This document shows, piece after piece, positions 41,476 to 53,062 of a stretch of 64,000 nt of DNA (position 1 is the stretch's first letter; the number at the start of each line of letters is the position of its first letter). Below the pieces are notes generated by a model. That model was not told the DNA's origin. It did not search any database and worked only from the letters and a program-made list of their open reading frames with translations. A program made the translations under genes and the position numbers. This DNA is from Paraspadella gotoi (taxonomy: Eukaryota > Animalia > Chaetognatha). The stretch is from NCBI GenBank assembly GCA_051294375.1, contig CM119268.1, forward strand, positions 19,474,625 to 19,538,624, in the 5' to 3' direction.

Positions 41476-41636
41476 TGTGGCGAAACCGAAATTCGCCTCC
41501 TGTATATCATTGGTATTGACAGCTAAGTACTCTTTCACCAACCGTGAGTTCCAGGTTCACGGTCACGCTGGTTAAAGTGTAATGGTGTCGGCATAAACAC
41601 GCCAGTGATATGGGGAGGTCACGGCAGTTCAAAAGC
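41476..41636 (+). mobile_element. Truncated copy of family D LTR
   Basis: Starts tgtggcgaaaccgaaattcgcctcc and matches the reverse complement of about 52885-53062. Confidence 0.75.
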
Positions 41637-43401
41637 GTGTATGAGTGAGAGAGAGAGAGTGAGAGAGACGGAAGGAGAGGAGGAGGAAGAAGAGGAGGAA
41701 GAAGAGAAGGAAATAATGAAATAAAAAGAAAGAAAAAAATGGTTACATTTGTTTACAATTGGAAATTGTTACAATTGTTTACATTTAGAAGTTGTAAAAG
41801 TGTGTATTTTTATTTGTATTAAAATTTAGATATAGCTTCTCATCATCAATATCTTTTAAAATCATATGTTTCATATCGATTCAAGTATTATTTGTATGAA
41901 TTTCCTCTTCAATATTATTTACTGCAAAATGCAAATTAGAATTTAGCATACTATATATTTAGTATTGTTCATAGTCTCAGCACTAGAAATTCCCTAACTC
42001 CAGAACGCCCATGTTGATAACGGAAAGTGTAGTGTGATGTAGCGTAGCGTTAAAAACCTTCAGTAACAGTAATAAACAAAACAAACATATTTCTCATAGT
42101 TCATGTCAATAACATACTGAGTAGTAATTGATTGATGTAATAGTAATTGATTGATGTAATAGCAATCTATTGATTGATCTAATCGTAATTCATTGATGTG
42201 ATGATAATCAATCATTGATGCAATGATAGTTGATTGATTGATTGATTGATTCAATAATAGTTGATTGATTGATTCATTCATTTATTCACATGATGAATCA
42301 TTCATCGTAACTAAAACGAACAAATACGTGTATGAGTAGAAATCTACTATGAAATTAAATTCAATATGGGCGGGGGTTCAAAACTTTAGTCTTGAAGTCT
42401 ACTTTCAGGTAAAAAAGAATTTTTTAAAAAAGTTCGATTTTAATGCTTTTATTGTTGCTATCAAAATTACAATATTACTATATAATGATAAAAATTTTTT
42501 TTAATCAATCTTAACTTTTGTAATGGATTCTGATAGAGCATAAAAAGTTAAATAAAAAATATAACTACAACTTTCAAAGATTCTTATGTTTTCTTGGTGA
42601 AAATTAAGAAAAAATAATGCGATAAACCTTTCGTTTTCGTTGTTGTTATGATTTAGAGAAAAAACAAAGTTTTTAATTGTGTTACAACGAATTTAATTAA
42701 TTAATTAATAAAATTATCGAAAAATGATGATGATGATGATTATAAATATTTTTTTTTATTTTTCACCCACTTATGATCAAAATATCAAAAAAAAGAAAAA
42801 AAAGAGAGAGAATTGCAAAGATCCTAAAGATGAGAAGCCATATCTAAACTGTTAACTTTATATGATCGCACACTTCATAAAAATTCATTGTAATGTCGTA
42901 GTAGTTTTATATTTAAAAAAAACTGTAAGCCCCAGTCAAAACTATATAAGAAAAAAGCGTGACGCAGACGCAGACGGCGAGGACGAATCACAAAAAAGCT
43001 GAGTCAATCCTAAATCTGCGCCAAGATGGGCAAGCCCGTCTGGTAAGATAAAAATAGTTGAATCCTTATAAAATAATGACTATTGCAAGATCTTAAAGAT
43101 GAGAAGCCATAATNNNNNNNNNNNNNNNNNNNNNNNNNATATATACTTTGTGGAGACAACTTTTTGCAAAGTACCTGAATCTGATTCTTAAAAATAAAAA
43201 AATCCCTAAAAAAATGTTTAGCCTTTCCTAATAACAATAAATCTAAAAAAAATCAATATATGGGGTATGGAGTATATTAATTTTTTTTTTTAAAAATGTT
43301 TAAATTTTGTTTTGAACAGGCTGCTTGATTCAAATTTTTTTAACGACCTTACTGAATTAGGCTACTCCTAGTAAGAGTGAAAAAAGAGAGAGAAATAAGA
43401 G

Positions 43402-43432
<31 letters not shown>

Positions 43433-44394
43433 AAAAAGAAAAAAAAAGCAAAGAAAGAAAAAAAAGAAAGCAGAGAATGGAGAAAAAGAGAAGTTCGACC
43501 GCTTTTTAGACCGTTTTTAGACAAATCAGAAGAAAGAAAGAAAGAAAAAAATTATATATATATATAATTTTTAAAAATTAAAAAAAAAATGTCACAACCA
43601 TTTTACACTAAAAATTGTTACAATTTTTTTTTATTAAAATTTAGATATAGTTTCTCTTCAAAAAGGTTTTTTTAAATAACATGTATCTCTCTCTCTACAA
43701 TTTTAAATTACTATGAACGCACACTTTAAAAAAATGTAAGCCCCAGTCAAAACTATAGAAAAAAAAACGTGACGATGACGACGCCAACGACAACGACGAC
43801 GACGACGTCACAAGGAAGCTGAACCGAACCAAAATCTAGCCAAGACAGGCTTAAGCCCTTCTGGCGAGATAAAAAAAGTATGAGAGTGAGACAGCAGAAA
43901 GATAGGCTTAGAGAGTGAGAGTTTGAAAGAGAGAGAGGGTTAGAGAAAGAGAGAGTGAGAGAGGAAGATGGAAAGAAAGAGAGAGGAGGGAATAAGAGAC
44001 CGCAATAACTTCCCAACGGAAATATTGTTTCTTTTTTTTTAATTATTTTTTTTATTTCTTTAGTAGAAGCTAATCGATAAACATAATTCTCTGTCTCTCC
44101 CCCACATCCTATTTTCTCTCTCTCTCTCTCTCTCTTACTTTCTCTTTCTCTTACTTTCTCTTTCTCTTACTTTCTCTTTCTCTTACTTTCTTAATATTGT
44201 TTAATTGGTTCGAAGCCACGCTCCTCTCCTTCCTCTATCTTCCTCTATCCTCTCTCTTTCTCTTACTTTCTCTTACTTTCTCTTTCTCTTACTTTCTCTT
44301 TCTCTTACTTTCTCTTTCTTTCTTATTAATTGGTTCGAAACCACGCTCGCTCTCTCTCCTTCCTCTATCTTTGTTTATTTTTGGAACACGATCC

Positions 44395-44453
<59 letters not shown>

Positions 44454-45352
44454 TGATGTCCAAACAGTAGTCTTTCCAACAGCGCACTCAGCCTAAGCGC
44501 TGTCTTAACAGCTCTTCAAGCAGCAGTTCCAAATGACAGAGATTACCAGTCAACGACATCTTGTCTTTATAGAAAGACTACACAGTTGAAGTCAACATTC
44601 AGATTAAAGAAAATATTCAATGATTACTGGTGATAAAAAAAACTTCATCAACGACGAAAATAAGGAAAGGAATGACGAATTTTCGCCTCGTTGCAACGGC
44701 AGGAATGTAATATAAAAAGTAATTTATGTAATGTAAAAAAAAAGTCAACATGTATATTTCATGCGAGAACTTTTCGAACGTTTCAAAACGTACGTAAAGA
44801 ACCGAATGGCCGACTNNNNNNNNNNGACAACGACAACGACAACGACCCGGTCTCTTACATCCGGCCTTGAAGCTTATCTTTTCTGCCAAATATATCTCCG
44901 ACTCTTCTTCTTCTTGCCTCCTTCTCTTCCTCCTCCTCCTGCTGCTCTTCCTTTATTCCTTTATTTTCCTTTATTTTCTCCCTTTATTTTTCTCTCCTTT
45001 TTCTTGCCCTCCCTTTTCTTCCTCCCTTTTTCATTATCTTTCTCTATCTTTATTCTATCCCTCCCTTTTTCCCTCTTTTTCTTTCCCATTTTTCTTTCCC
45101 TCTTTCCTTTCTTTCTTTCTTTCACCCTGTCTTTCTCTTGTTATTTTATTTCCCTCCTCCCTTTCTCCCTCTGTTTTTCTATTCCTTTTCTGCCCTCCTC
45201 CCTTTTTCTATCTTCACCCCAAAATTTCGAAGGTGATCATAATCACCGTTTGGGGACATATTTTTAATCAGCAAAGTTGAGCGGGAAAAAAATCCGGCAT
45301 TTTACACTTTAGTGTTTTTTCACTGTTTATGGTTTGAGGTTTTACGAGAAAG

Positions 45353-45800
45353 TTTTTAGTCGGATCTGCTTATCAGCAGATTCCGACTTTATAATTAACT
45401 TTGTCGCTCCATCGGTCCCACCCCACAAGCTTGTCGGTAAATCATTTTTATCATATCAGAATTTCGAATTATGATAAAGTAAACAAATAAAATGATATCC
45501 GTCCGTCAGTCCGAGCGTCCGTCCGTCCGTCCGTCCCCAACTCCAATTACTCGTGATTTGATGGTTGGATGAGAATGACATTTTGTGTGTGATTAGGAAA
45601 GTGTGATTGAGCTGGATGTGTTGCCGGGTCATTGGCATGTCATAGGCTGAGATGCAGTTGGATTGGAAGCTTGTCATGTGATGCGTCCAGGAAGGTTCCC
45701 TGCGGGATTAAATATATGTAAAAAGATTCATGTAAATGGAGCTTATATTTTTTTTATTTAAACCCTTTCACTCGCACGATTCTATTCAAAACTTTATATG
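45353..45800 (+). mobile_element. H1 element 5' part
   Basis: ttttagtcggatctgcttatcagcagattccgact followed by (GTCC)n. Confidence 0.75.
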
Positions 45801-46599
45801 NNNNNNNNNNNNNNNNNNNNNNNNNNNNNNNNNNNNNNNNNNNNNNNNNNNNNNNNNNNNNNNNNNNNNNNNNNNNNNNNNNNNNNNNNNNNNNNNNNNN
45901 NNNNNNNNNNNNNNNNNNNNNNNNNNNNNNNNNNNNNNNNNNNNNNNNNNNNNNNNNNNNNNNNNNNNNNNNNNNNNNNNNNNNNNNNNNNNNNNNNNNN
46001 NNNNNNNNNNNNNNNNNNNNNNNNNNNNNNNNNNNNNNNNNNNNNNNNNNNNNNNNNNNNNNNNNNNNNNNNNNNNNNNNNNNNNNNNNNNNNNNNNNNN
46101 NNNNNNNNNNNNNNNNNNNNNNNNNNNNNNNNNNNNNNNNNNNNNNNNNNNNNNNNNNNNNNNNNNNNNNNNNNNNNNNNNNNNNNNNNNNNNNNNNNNN
46201 NNNNNNNNNNNNNNNNNNNNNNNNNNNNNNNNNNNNNNNNNNNNNNNNNNNNNNNNNNNNNNNNNNNNNNNNNNNNNNNNNNNNNNNNNNNNNNNNNNNN
46301 NNNNNNNNNNNNNNNNNNNNNNNNNNNNNNNNNNNNNNNNNNNNNNNNNNNNNNNNNNNNNNNNNNNNNNNNNNNNNNNNNNNNNNNNNNNNNNNNNNNN
46401 NNNNNNNNNNNNNNNNNNNNNNNNNNNNNNNNNNNNNNNNNNNNNNNNNNNNNNNNNNNNNNNNNNNNNNNNNNNNNNNNNNNNAAATGAGCTTGCATGG
46501 AAAAAACCAAAGTCAAGTTGACTTAAATTTTTATCATTTATGCTCACTCATAAATATTTTCTTTAATTAAATAATTAATTGATTAATTATTTAATTCAA

Positions 46600-46842
46600 G
46601 TGAAAAAATGAAGCAATTTGAAAAAATGATGCAAGTTGAAAAAATTATGCAAGTTGAAAGAATGATGCAAGTTGAAAAAATGATGAAAGTTGAAAATTTG
46701 ATGAAAGTAGAAAAAATGATGCAAGTTAAAAAAATGATGCACTTTATAAAAATGATGAAAGTTGAAAAAATAATGCAAGTTTAAAAAATTATGTAAGTTT
46801 TAAAAATGATGAAAGTGAAAAAAAATTATGCAGGTTTAAAAA
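46600..46842. repeat. Minisatellite of about 19 bp
   Basis: Repeated aaaaaatgatgcaagttga units. Confidence 0.85.
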
Positions 46843-46880
46843 ATATTACTTAAAATTGTTTAACTTAAAAAAAATATATA

Positions 46881-47631
46881 TGAAATGTACAACACAATAT
46901 AAAAATTATCCATTCATTTAATAAATAAGCTATCTTGCCCCTGACTTTGGACAGGCTTTGGTGGTTTAAGGCCTCCATCACTCTTACAAGATAATGACAT
47001 AGCAGGTCCCTGAAGTTTTCAATCAAGACTCTCTCACAAGTCTTGTTTATTCACTCCCAGAGTACCTGGCTTCCCTATCAATGAAGTGGAAAATATTTCA
47101 AAGAAGTTTCAATTGTATGAAAAAGACCACTCCCTTAAGTATTAGGATCGGGAAATACTTATTCTACTCCGCACTAGCATCAAAATACAAGGAAGCGAAT
47201 TTTATGAAATTGGTACAAACCATATAAAAATTATCCATTCATTTAATAAATAAGCTATCTTGCCCCTGACTTTGGACAGGCTTTGGTGGTTTTAAGGCCT
47301 CCATCACTCTTTACAAATAATGACATAGCAGGTCCCTGGAAGTTTCAATCAAGACTTCTCACAGTCTTGTTTATTCACTCCCAGAGTACCTGGCTTCCCT
47401 ATCAATGAAGTGGGAAAATATTTCAAAGAAAGTTTCAATTGTATGAAAAGACCACTCCCTTAAAGTATTAGATCGGGAATACTTATTCTACCTCCGCACT
47501 AGCATCAAAATACAAGGAGCTGGAATTTTATGAAATTGGTACAACCCATATAAAAATTATCCCATTTCTAATAAATAAGCTATCTTGCCCCTGACTTTGG
47601 ACAGGCTTTGTGGTTTAAGGCCTCCATCACT
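46881..47631. repeat. Tandem repeat of about 325 bp (about 2.3 copies)
   Basis: Units start at about 46881, 47205 and 47530. Dispersed monomers lie at about 24989-25257 and 37660-37930. Confidence 0.9.
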
Positions 47632-47635
47632 GTTT

Positions 47636-47882
47636 GTACAAGTAGCATCCGTCTCAGAATTTCTGAGACGGCAAGCTCTGTAACTCGAAGTACAAATGAG
47701 ATTTTAAAGAGAGCTTTTTGTCTTGATATCGAGTACACATATGGCTACTTCCCCTTCGGTAAGCCATTGCTCTCCGACAATTTTGGGACATCAGAACTTA
47801 TTATAAAAAGATGCTTCAGCCAGATTTGAACCCGAAACCTTTTTCGTAACATTGAAATCCGGCGCGCTAAGCACTCGGCCAA
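47636..47882 (-). mobile_element. tRNA-derived SINE-like repeat
   Basis: Minus strand has the A box tggccgagtgc, the B box ggttcaaatc and a 3' hairpin ccgtctcagaa/ttctgagacgg. Confidence 0.65.
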
Positions 47883-48278
47883 ATGATTTTCAAAAAAATT
47901 TTGTACAAAAATAAATTATATAAAGCTGTAGTTTGCTTTTAATTTTTTTGGGGAAACAAAAAAACTCAACGTTCGAAGGCAGAGATTTCGACATCCGAGT
48001 CCCAAGTTTCCCGATTCGGGACAGAATGTCGCAACGACGACAGATAATACGAAGAAAGCGAATATCTGGGCTTATTTTTAATGTTTGAAATTGAGGAAAA
48101 GTCAGTTGCCTCTTTAAGCCGCACGTTGAACATTTTACCTTGCCTTTTAAGGTGTTTTATTAAGTGTTTTTAACTAGTTGCTTATTGTATCAATATTAAT
48201 AAATAGGCTAATGATTGAGAGAATGAAAAGAATGAAATCGTTTCAAAAAAAGAATAATCTAAGTTTTCGATTTGCATA

Positions 48279-48835
48279 AAAACAAGTTTGAGCAACAATG
48301 TCGATCTGCCTACAATAATTAAGCAGTAATAAGCTAATACGATGATAATTCTTTTGGTAATGTTATCTGACTTTCAATTTGTGATCCTAACAGATCATAA
48401 CACGTTTGTAACATAAACAAGTTTGAGCAAACAATGTCGGATCTGCCAACGATCATTATCGGTAATTAATAATAAATTCAAATTAATTAATTAGGCAATT
48501 AATTATTTTGATCCAAAATGTTGTTTTGATTGATTAATTGACTGATGAATTAATTAGTGATTAATTAATGATTTATTGATTAATTAACTGATTAATTATT
48601 TGATTAATTAATACATCTTGCATTTACATTTAATATAAAAAATCATAATCAATTGTGAAACACTTTTTTGTTTTTTTCCATTTAAACTCATTTCCACTCA
48701 AACGATTCCATCAAAACTTGATTTCCAGTTTAATCACACACTTTTCTACTCAATTTCAAGTCAATCTCCCCATCCACTCATGCATAATTTGTTCAAATAG
48801 TGAAATATATTTTTTCTCCCCGATCCGACTAAAAA
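48279..48835 (-). mobile_element. H1 element with duplicated 3' end
   Basis: Two aacaagtttgagc ends (about 48280 and 48416), ending at gatccgactaaaa. Confidence 0.7.
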
Positions 48836-48889
48836 GAATAGAAAAACCAAAATTTATATTGAGGTTTTTGAATTTTTTTTTTAAATAAC

Positions 48890-49141
48890 GAGATGCCGAG
48901 TGGTTAAAAACTAAGACTTCGACGCAGAATGAATGTAGGATTAGAATTCCACTCAATGTAAACTTTATCAATAAACTGCTATGTCCCAAAAAGTAGTCCA
49001 TTAGAGCAATTGGCTTACCGAAGGGGAGATAGCCATATCGAGTACTCAATAAACAAGACAAAAACCTCTCTTTCAAATTATCATTTGTACTCGAGTTACA
49101 GAGCTTGCCGTCTCAGAAATTCTAGACGGATGCTACTGTAC
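48890..49141 (+). mobile_element. tRNA-derived SINE-like repeat, second copy
   Basis: gccgagtggtta A box, with a body that is the reverse complement of about 47636-47800. Confidence 0.65.
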
Positions 49142-49144
49142 CAT

Positions 49145-49865
49145 AGTAACAGTTCAGTTTAATCCCTCGCAAGCGATTTACGCAGCCATTGGTATGATCC
49201 GTTATGATCAGTGAGGATCCAAAATTGAAAGAATTATCGTGATTTATCATCTGAATAGCCAATTACCGCTTAATTATCGTTGGCAGATCCGACATTGTTT
49301 GCTCAAAATTGTTTTTAGTTGGATCTGCTTATCAGCAGATTCCGACTCTATAATTCACTTTGTCCGTCCGTCGGTCCGCCCCAACAATTTTGTCGGTCAT
49401 TTTCTTAAATCATGTCAGAACATCGAATTATGATAAATTAAGCAAAAAAAAAACTATGTCCGTCCGTCCATCCATCTGTCTGTCTGTCTGTCTGTCTTTC
49501 TGTCTTTCTGTCTGTCTGTCTGTCTTTCTGTCTGTAGGTCCGTTCGTTCCCCCTTAGCAATAAACTCCAATTACTCGTGAATTAAATTTTGTGTGTGAGT
49601 AGGAAAGTGTGTGATTGATCTGGATATGAAGTTTGAATGGAATCGTGCGAGTGGAAATAAATTTAAATGGAAAAAAACATCAGTCACATTTAGTTGAATC
49701 TTTTTATTTATTTTAACCCATAATTACTATGATTAATCCTAATTGGATGGATAGAATGGGATGAAATTTTGTGTGTGGGAATGAGAGTGTGTGATTGAGC
49801 AGAATATAAAGTTTCGATGAAATAAAGAGTGGAAATGAGTTTGCATGAAAAAAACAAAAGTCACA
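49145..49865 (+). mobile_element. Head-to-tail H1 junction
   Basis: The 3' end gcagatccgacattgtttgctcaaaattgtt directly abuts the 5' end tttagttggatctgcttatcagcagattccgac at about 49313. (GTCY)n follows. Confidence 0.75.
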
Positions 49866-50089
49866 TCGCAGGAAACGGATTGATCGTGGAGTTTGGAAAG
49901 AGGAGAGGGAACGAGATCACTCTTCAACTTACCTTCAAGAACTCAACATCAAATTCTACTTTATTGTATTTGTTTACTGTCTGTTTATTCTGCATAATCT
50001 CCATCAATTATTGTTATCTCCTCGTGTGATTAATGTTAACAAAACTTCTCTAATTTCTCCTCAATTAACCACGCCTACTTCCTTCAATG

Positions 50090-50126
50090 TGGTGGCAGTG
50101 GTGGGATTCGAACCCACACCTCCAGA
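50090..50126 (-). pseudogene. Reverse-transcribed 3' fragment of mature tRNA-Leu including CCA (extended PBS-like)
   Basis: Minus strand tctggaggtgtgggttcgaatcccaccactgccaCCA matches the tRNA-Leu(AAG/TAG)-type 3' end. Confidence 0.8.
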
Positions 50127-50274
50127 TGTATTTATTAATTAGCAAAACCTGGGAAATAGCTTATTTTGATTAAATATTTAGAGATAGAGCATCATAAGAA
50201 TATTTTGTTTTACGTATTTTTCTTACTTGTCTAATCACTTTTGAAGAGACAGTAATTATTGTTTTGAGTTATAA

Positions 50275-50348
50275 GCAGTGCCTGAGCTTCGGATCAAGCT
50301 GTAACACCGTGTTACAGACGGGTTAAGCGCCCCATCCCTCTTAACTGC
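50275..50348 (-). ncRNA. Twister-ribozyme-like fold in family C 3' LTR
   Basis: Minus strand reads gcagt..GGGA-UGGG-gcgct-UAA-CCC-GU-[P3 ctgtaaca/tgttacag]-[P4 cttga]-UCCG-AA-GC-[tcagg]-actgc. The sister LTR has CGGG and GC at the T1 and T2 positions but lacks P4. Confidence 0.55.
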
Positions 50349-50439
50349 AAGGCAACCACCGGGCTAGAACCCCGGACCTTTGAGTTGGAAGGCGAGAAAT
50401 TTGCCTCCTACACCAATGGCTGCTGATGAATGGTTGGTG

Positions 50440-50786
50440 TGATGGAGACGGAATCGTGAAGAGGAATCTCCAAAGACTCTGAAGTTTCCGACATGTGATA
50501 TTCATATTTATTTTTTCATGTTCATTCATTACTTGTTCCCTTTCAGTTTTGTGAGCATTGTGTTTATTATCATAGAAAGTAGGTGTACGAGTGTGAGTCC
50601 TAATCTGGTTGGCGTCCCTGTTCTCTTGTGTATTCATATTCACAGATCCTATAATGTGGGAAATCTTGTGGTCGACCGTGCTGCCATGTGGTTAACTGAC
50701 ATTGGAGTCTACACGTTAGAGGGTCTCGTGCTTCTCAAGCCCGGCCGGCGCCCGCCGGAATCGCTCACAACAATCACCCTCTAACA
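50440..50786. mobile_element. Solo LTR of an unrelated family nested in the 3' LTR of the TRIM
   Basis: TG...CA ends with an imperfect inverted repeat (tgatggag / ctctaaca) and flanks ggtg/agtg (TSD with one mismatch). It interrupts ggttggtg|gattttag, which is contiguous in the other LTR. Confidence 0.75.
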
Positions 50787-52035
50787 AGTGGATTTTAGTC
50801 CACCATTTATCCCCCCTTCTCTAGGGAGAAGTCTGTTGCGTATCTTCAGTGAATTGTTGGTGGAAAGTTCATCACCAATTTGAGGCATGTTGCCTGATGT
50901 GTTATTGGTGGAAAGTGCATCGCCAGGTTGAGGCAAGTCGCCTGAAAGTGTTGTTGTTTTTTTGTGTTCGGAAGTCGAGCTCACCAATGAAGAGACAGCA
51001 ATTATTGTTATGAGTGTTACAGGCGGGTTTAGCGCCCCGTCCCTCTTAACTGCAAGGCAACCGCCGGGCTAGAACCCTGGTACTTTGGGTTGGAAGGCGA
51101 ATGACTTGCTTCCTGAACCAATGGGCGCTGTTGAACGGTTGGTGGATTTTAGTCCACCATACTTTTATATTTTTTCTCTTCCGCTCCTCTCCTACCTACT
51201 CCGCTCCATCACCCCTCACCACCCCTTCCCCCTCTTTGCCTCATTCCACTCATAGTCACCCTTGCGTGACATCGTTCTGGGAATCATCACGTGTCGAGGA
51301 TGTGATTCCACTTCGCCCCTCGGTCCACCTCCCTTTCTCCTCTCTCCTGGATGAGGGACTGCCTCTCTTTTCGTCTTTAAAACTCTTTCTTATCTATCGC
51401 TACCTATCTCTTCTATTTTCTCTTCATTTTCTTTTCTTTACTTTTCTTTTTTTTAGCTGCGCCACGAGTTGACTCGGGGTAAAACTTAGTGATGTTTTTT
51501 CTGTCAGACGGTTGATTCGTGCACGAGTCTGTCCGTCGGTATGTCTTATGTATCAAATGGTGAGCCATACTGGTTTATAATAGTCAAGCTCCTCTCACTA
51601 ATATGTTTTTACCCCGATCACATCGCTCCTCCCCCCCCATTCTCTCCCCTATCGGTTTCTCCCTCCCCCCCCCTGCCCGCCACCTTCCGATGGCGTCTCG
51701 GACTTAATTCACTGGTGATTTCACTGAATCACTTATCACTCTGTCCCGGTTATGTGATGCGAGCGCGTCCCTCCGATTCGGTCCTTTTTTCGGCCAACGA
51801 GAGAAAATAAGAAAGAATAAAGAAAAAAAGGAAGAAGAATATTTTTTTTCTTGCAAGGGAGGGGGGAATTCGTTGCTCGTCTTTTCACAGTTACGAAGTG
51901 GCAGAATTCGAGTGAGGGGTACGTATTAAAGCATAGTAAAAATTTTAAATTTAACTTTAATTAAAATTCCAAAGTGAGGAACAAACAACAATATACTAAT
52001 GAACATTTATGTTTAAAAAAAGTATAATAAATTTT

Positions 52036-52272
52036 TGTAGTGGTAGTATTTCATACCCCACTACTCGTCCGAGAATCAGCAGCACCTATGGCGCCGGACG
52101 TAGCACGAGCTCCTCACAACCCAAAGGACTCGTGTTCACGCCCTGCTGAATCACACAAGTAAAAGCGGGTCGGGCCGTCTAACCCACCTGTAGTGTCCGA
52201 CTACAGCCCGATCCGAAGTTCGGGACCTTGTGTGCAACGGACGGTAAACTGCTCGCGGCATCGTCTTCCACA
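52036..52272 (+). mobile_element. Solo LTR, family B (tRNA-derived head plus twister-like fold)
   Basis: tgtag...tccaca termini and TSD tttt (52032-35, 52273-76). A paralogous host repeat near 38900 shows the empty site. A-box-like tggcgccggacg and B-box-like gtgttcacgcc are present. Confidence 0.85.
52152..52234 (+). ncRNA. Twister-ribozyme-like fold in family B LTR (A>T at 52170)
   Basis: Outer stem cacacaag/cttgtgtg, P3 ctgtag/ctacag, P4 cccga/tcggg, T1 tccg/cggg, T2 ac/gt, UAA at 52180-82. Confidence 0.5.
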
Positions 52273-52671
52273 TTTTGCAATTTACGCAGTAGGCCATATT
52301 TATACTAGTACTAATCTAATAAATGTTTAAATTTCAAAATAGTTTTTTTGTAAAATTTTTTGACATTTTTGACAATTTTCGTCATCAAAAGTTGATATAA
52401 AGAAATATAACTCATTTTTAAAGATTTCTTTCATTAAGATGATAAAATATAAAAGAAAAAAAATTTTAAGCTGAAAATCTTTTTATGAAATTGGTACATT
52501 GGTATACATTGGTATACATTGGTAATTTATATTAAATATAGTTTTTTTAATTTTTAACCCACTTAATGAAAGAATTTTTATTTTCTTTTATCAGTTTTTG
52601 ACGAGGAATTCAAATCTGCAATCAAAATTAAGAACAGTCTTTTTTGAATATTTACGATTTTATAAGGATAG

Positions 52672-53062
52672 TATGGCAACGGGGGGACATGTGTGATGCA
52701 CGGTGTGTGAGGCATCTCCCTGTAATCGGGCATAGCAAAGTTCACGCCACCTCAAAGCATGACACCTCCAATCGTAACCTAGTGGCTCATTGAGTAAAGC
52801 CATCAGCTCAAGACCACTAGGTAGCGGGTTTAATCCCAACCTAGTACCTACCTTAGGGGAAGTGTGAGGACGGCCGTAAGCCAGGGCTTTGGACCTGCGG
52901 TAACCACCCCATGTCACTGGCGTGTATATGCCGACACAATCACACTTTAACCAGCGTGACTGTAAGGGGATTGAACCCGGAACTCACGGTTGATGAATGA
53001 GTACTTAGCTGTCCAAGCCAACGGGACAAGCTAAACGGGAGGCGAATTTAGGATTCGCCACA
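52672..53062 (-). mobile_element. Solo LTR, family D (tRNA-derived head)
   Basis: Termini tatggc...gccaca and TSD atag (52668-71, 53063-66). The empty site aggatagtactata is seen in a paralogous repeat near 38545 (reverse complement). The minus strand shows a 5' hairpin ggcgaat/attcgcc, an A-box-like tggcttggacag and a B box gggttcaatccc. Confidence 0.85.

Larger units (their letters stand above)
50242..51161 (-). mobile_element. Complete non-autonomous miniature LTR retrotransposon (TRIM) with tRNA-derived LTRs (family C)
   Basis: Two direct LTR copies begin tgaagagacag (50242, 50988) and end gtggattttagtccacca (about 50806 and 51159). TSD cttt at 50238-41 and 51162-65. On the minus strand the 5' LTR (50988-51161) is followed by the PBS tggtgagctcgac (tRNA-Trp-like), and the PPT agagaagggggga precedes the 3' LTR. 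The internal region is about 180 bp and non-coding. Confidence 0.9.

Noticed and set aside
52075-52150. Functional tRNA genes in the tRNA-like segments (also about 37235-37300, 50355-50420, 47810-47885)
   Set aside because: The cloverleaf stems are broken and the segments are embedded in repeated mobile elements, so they are treated as derived promoters.
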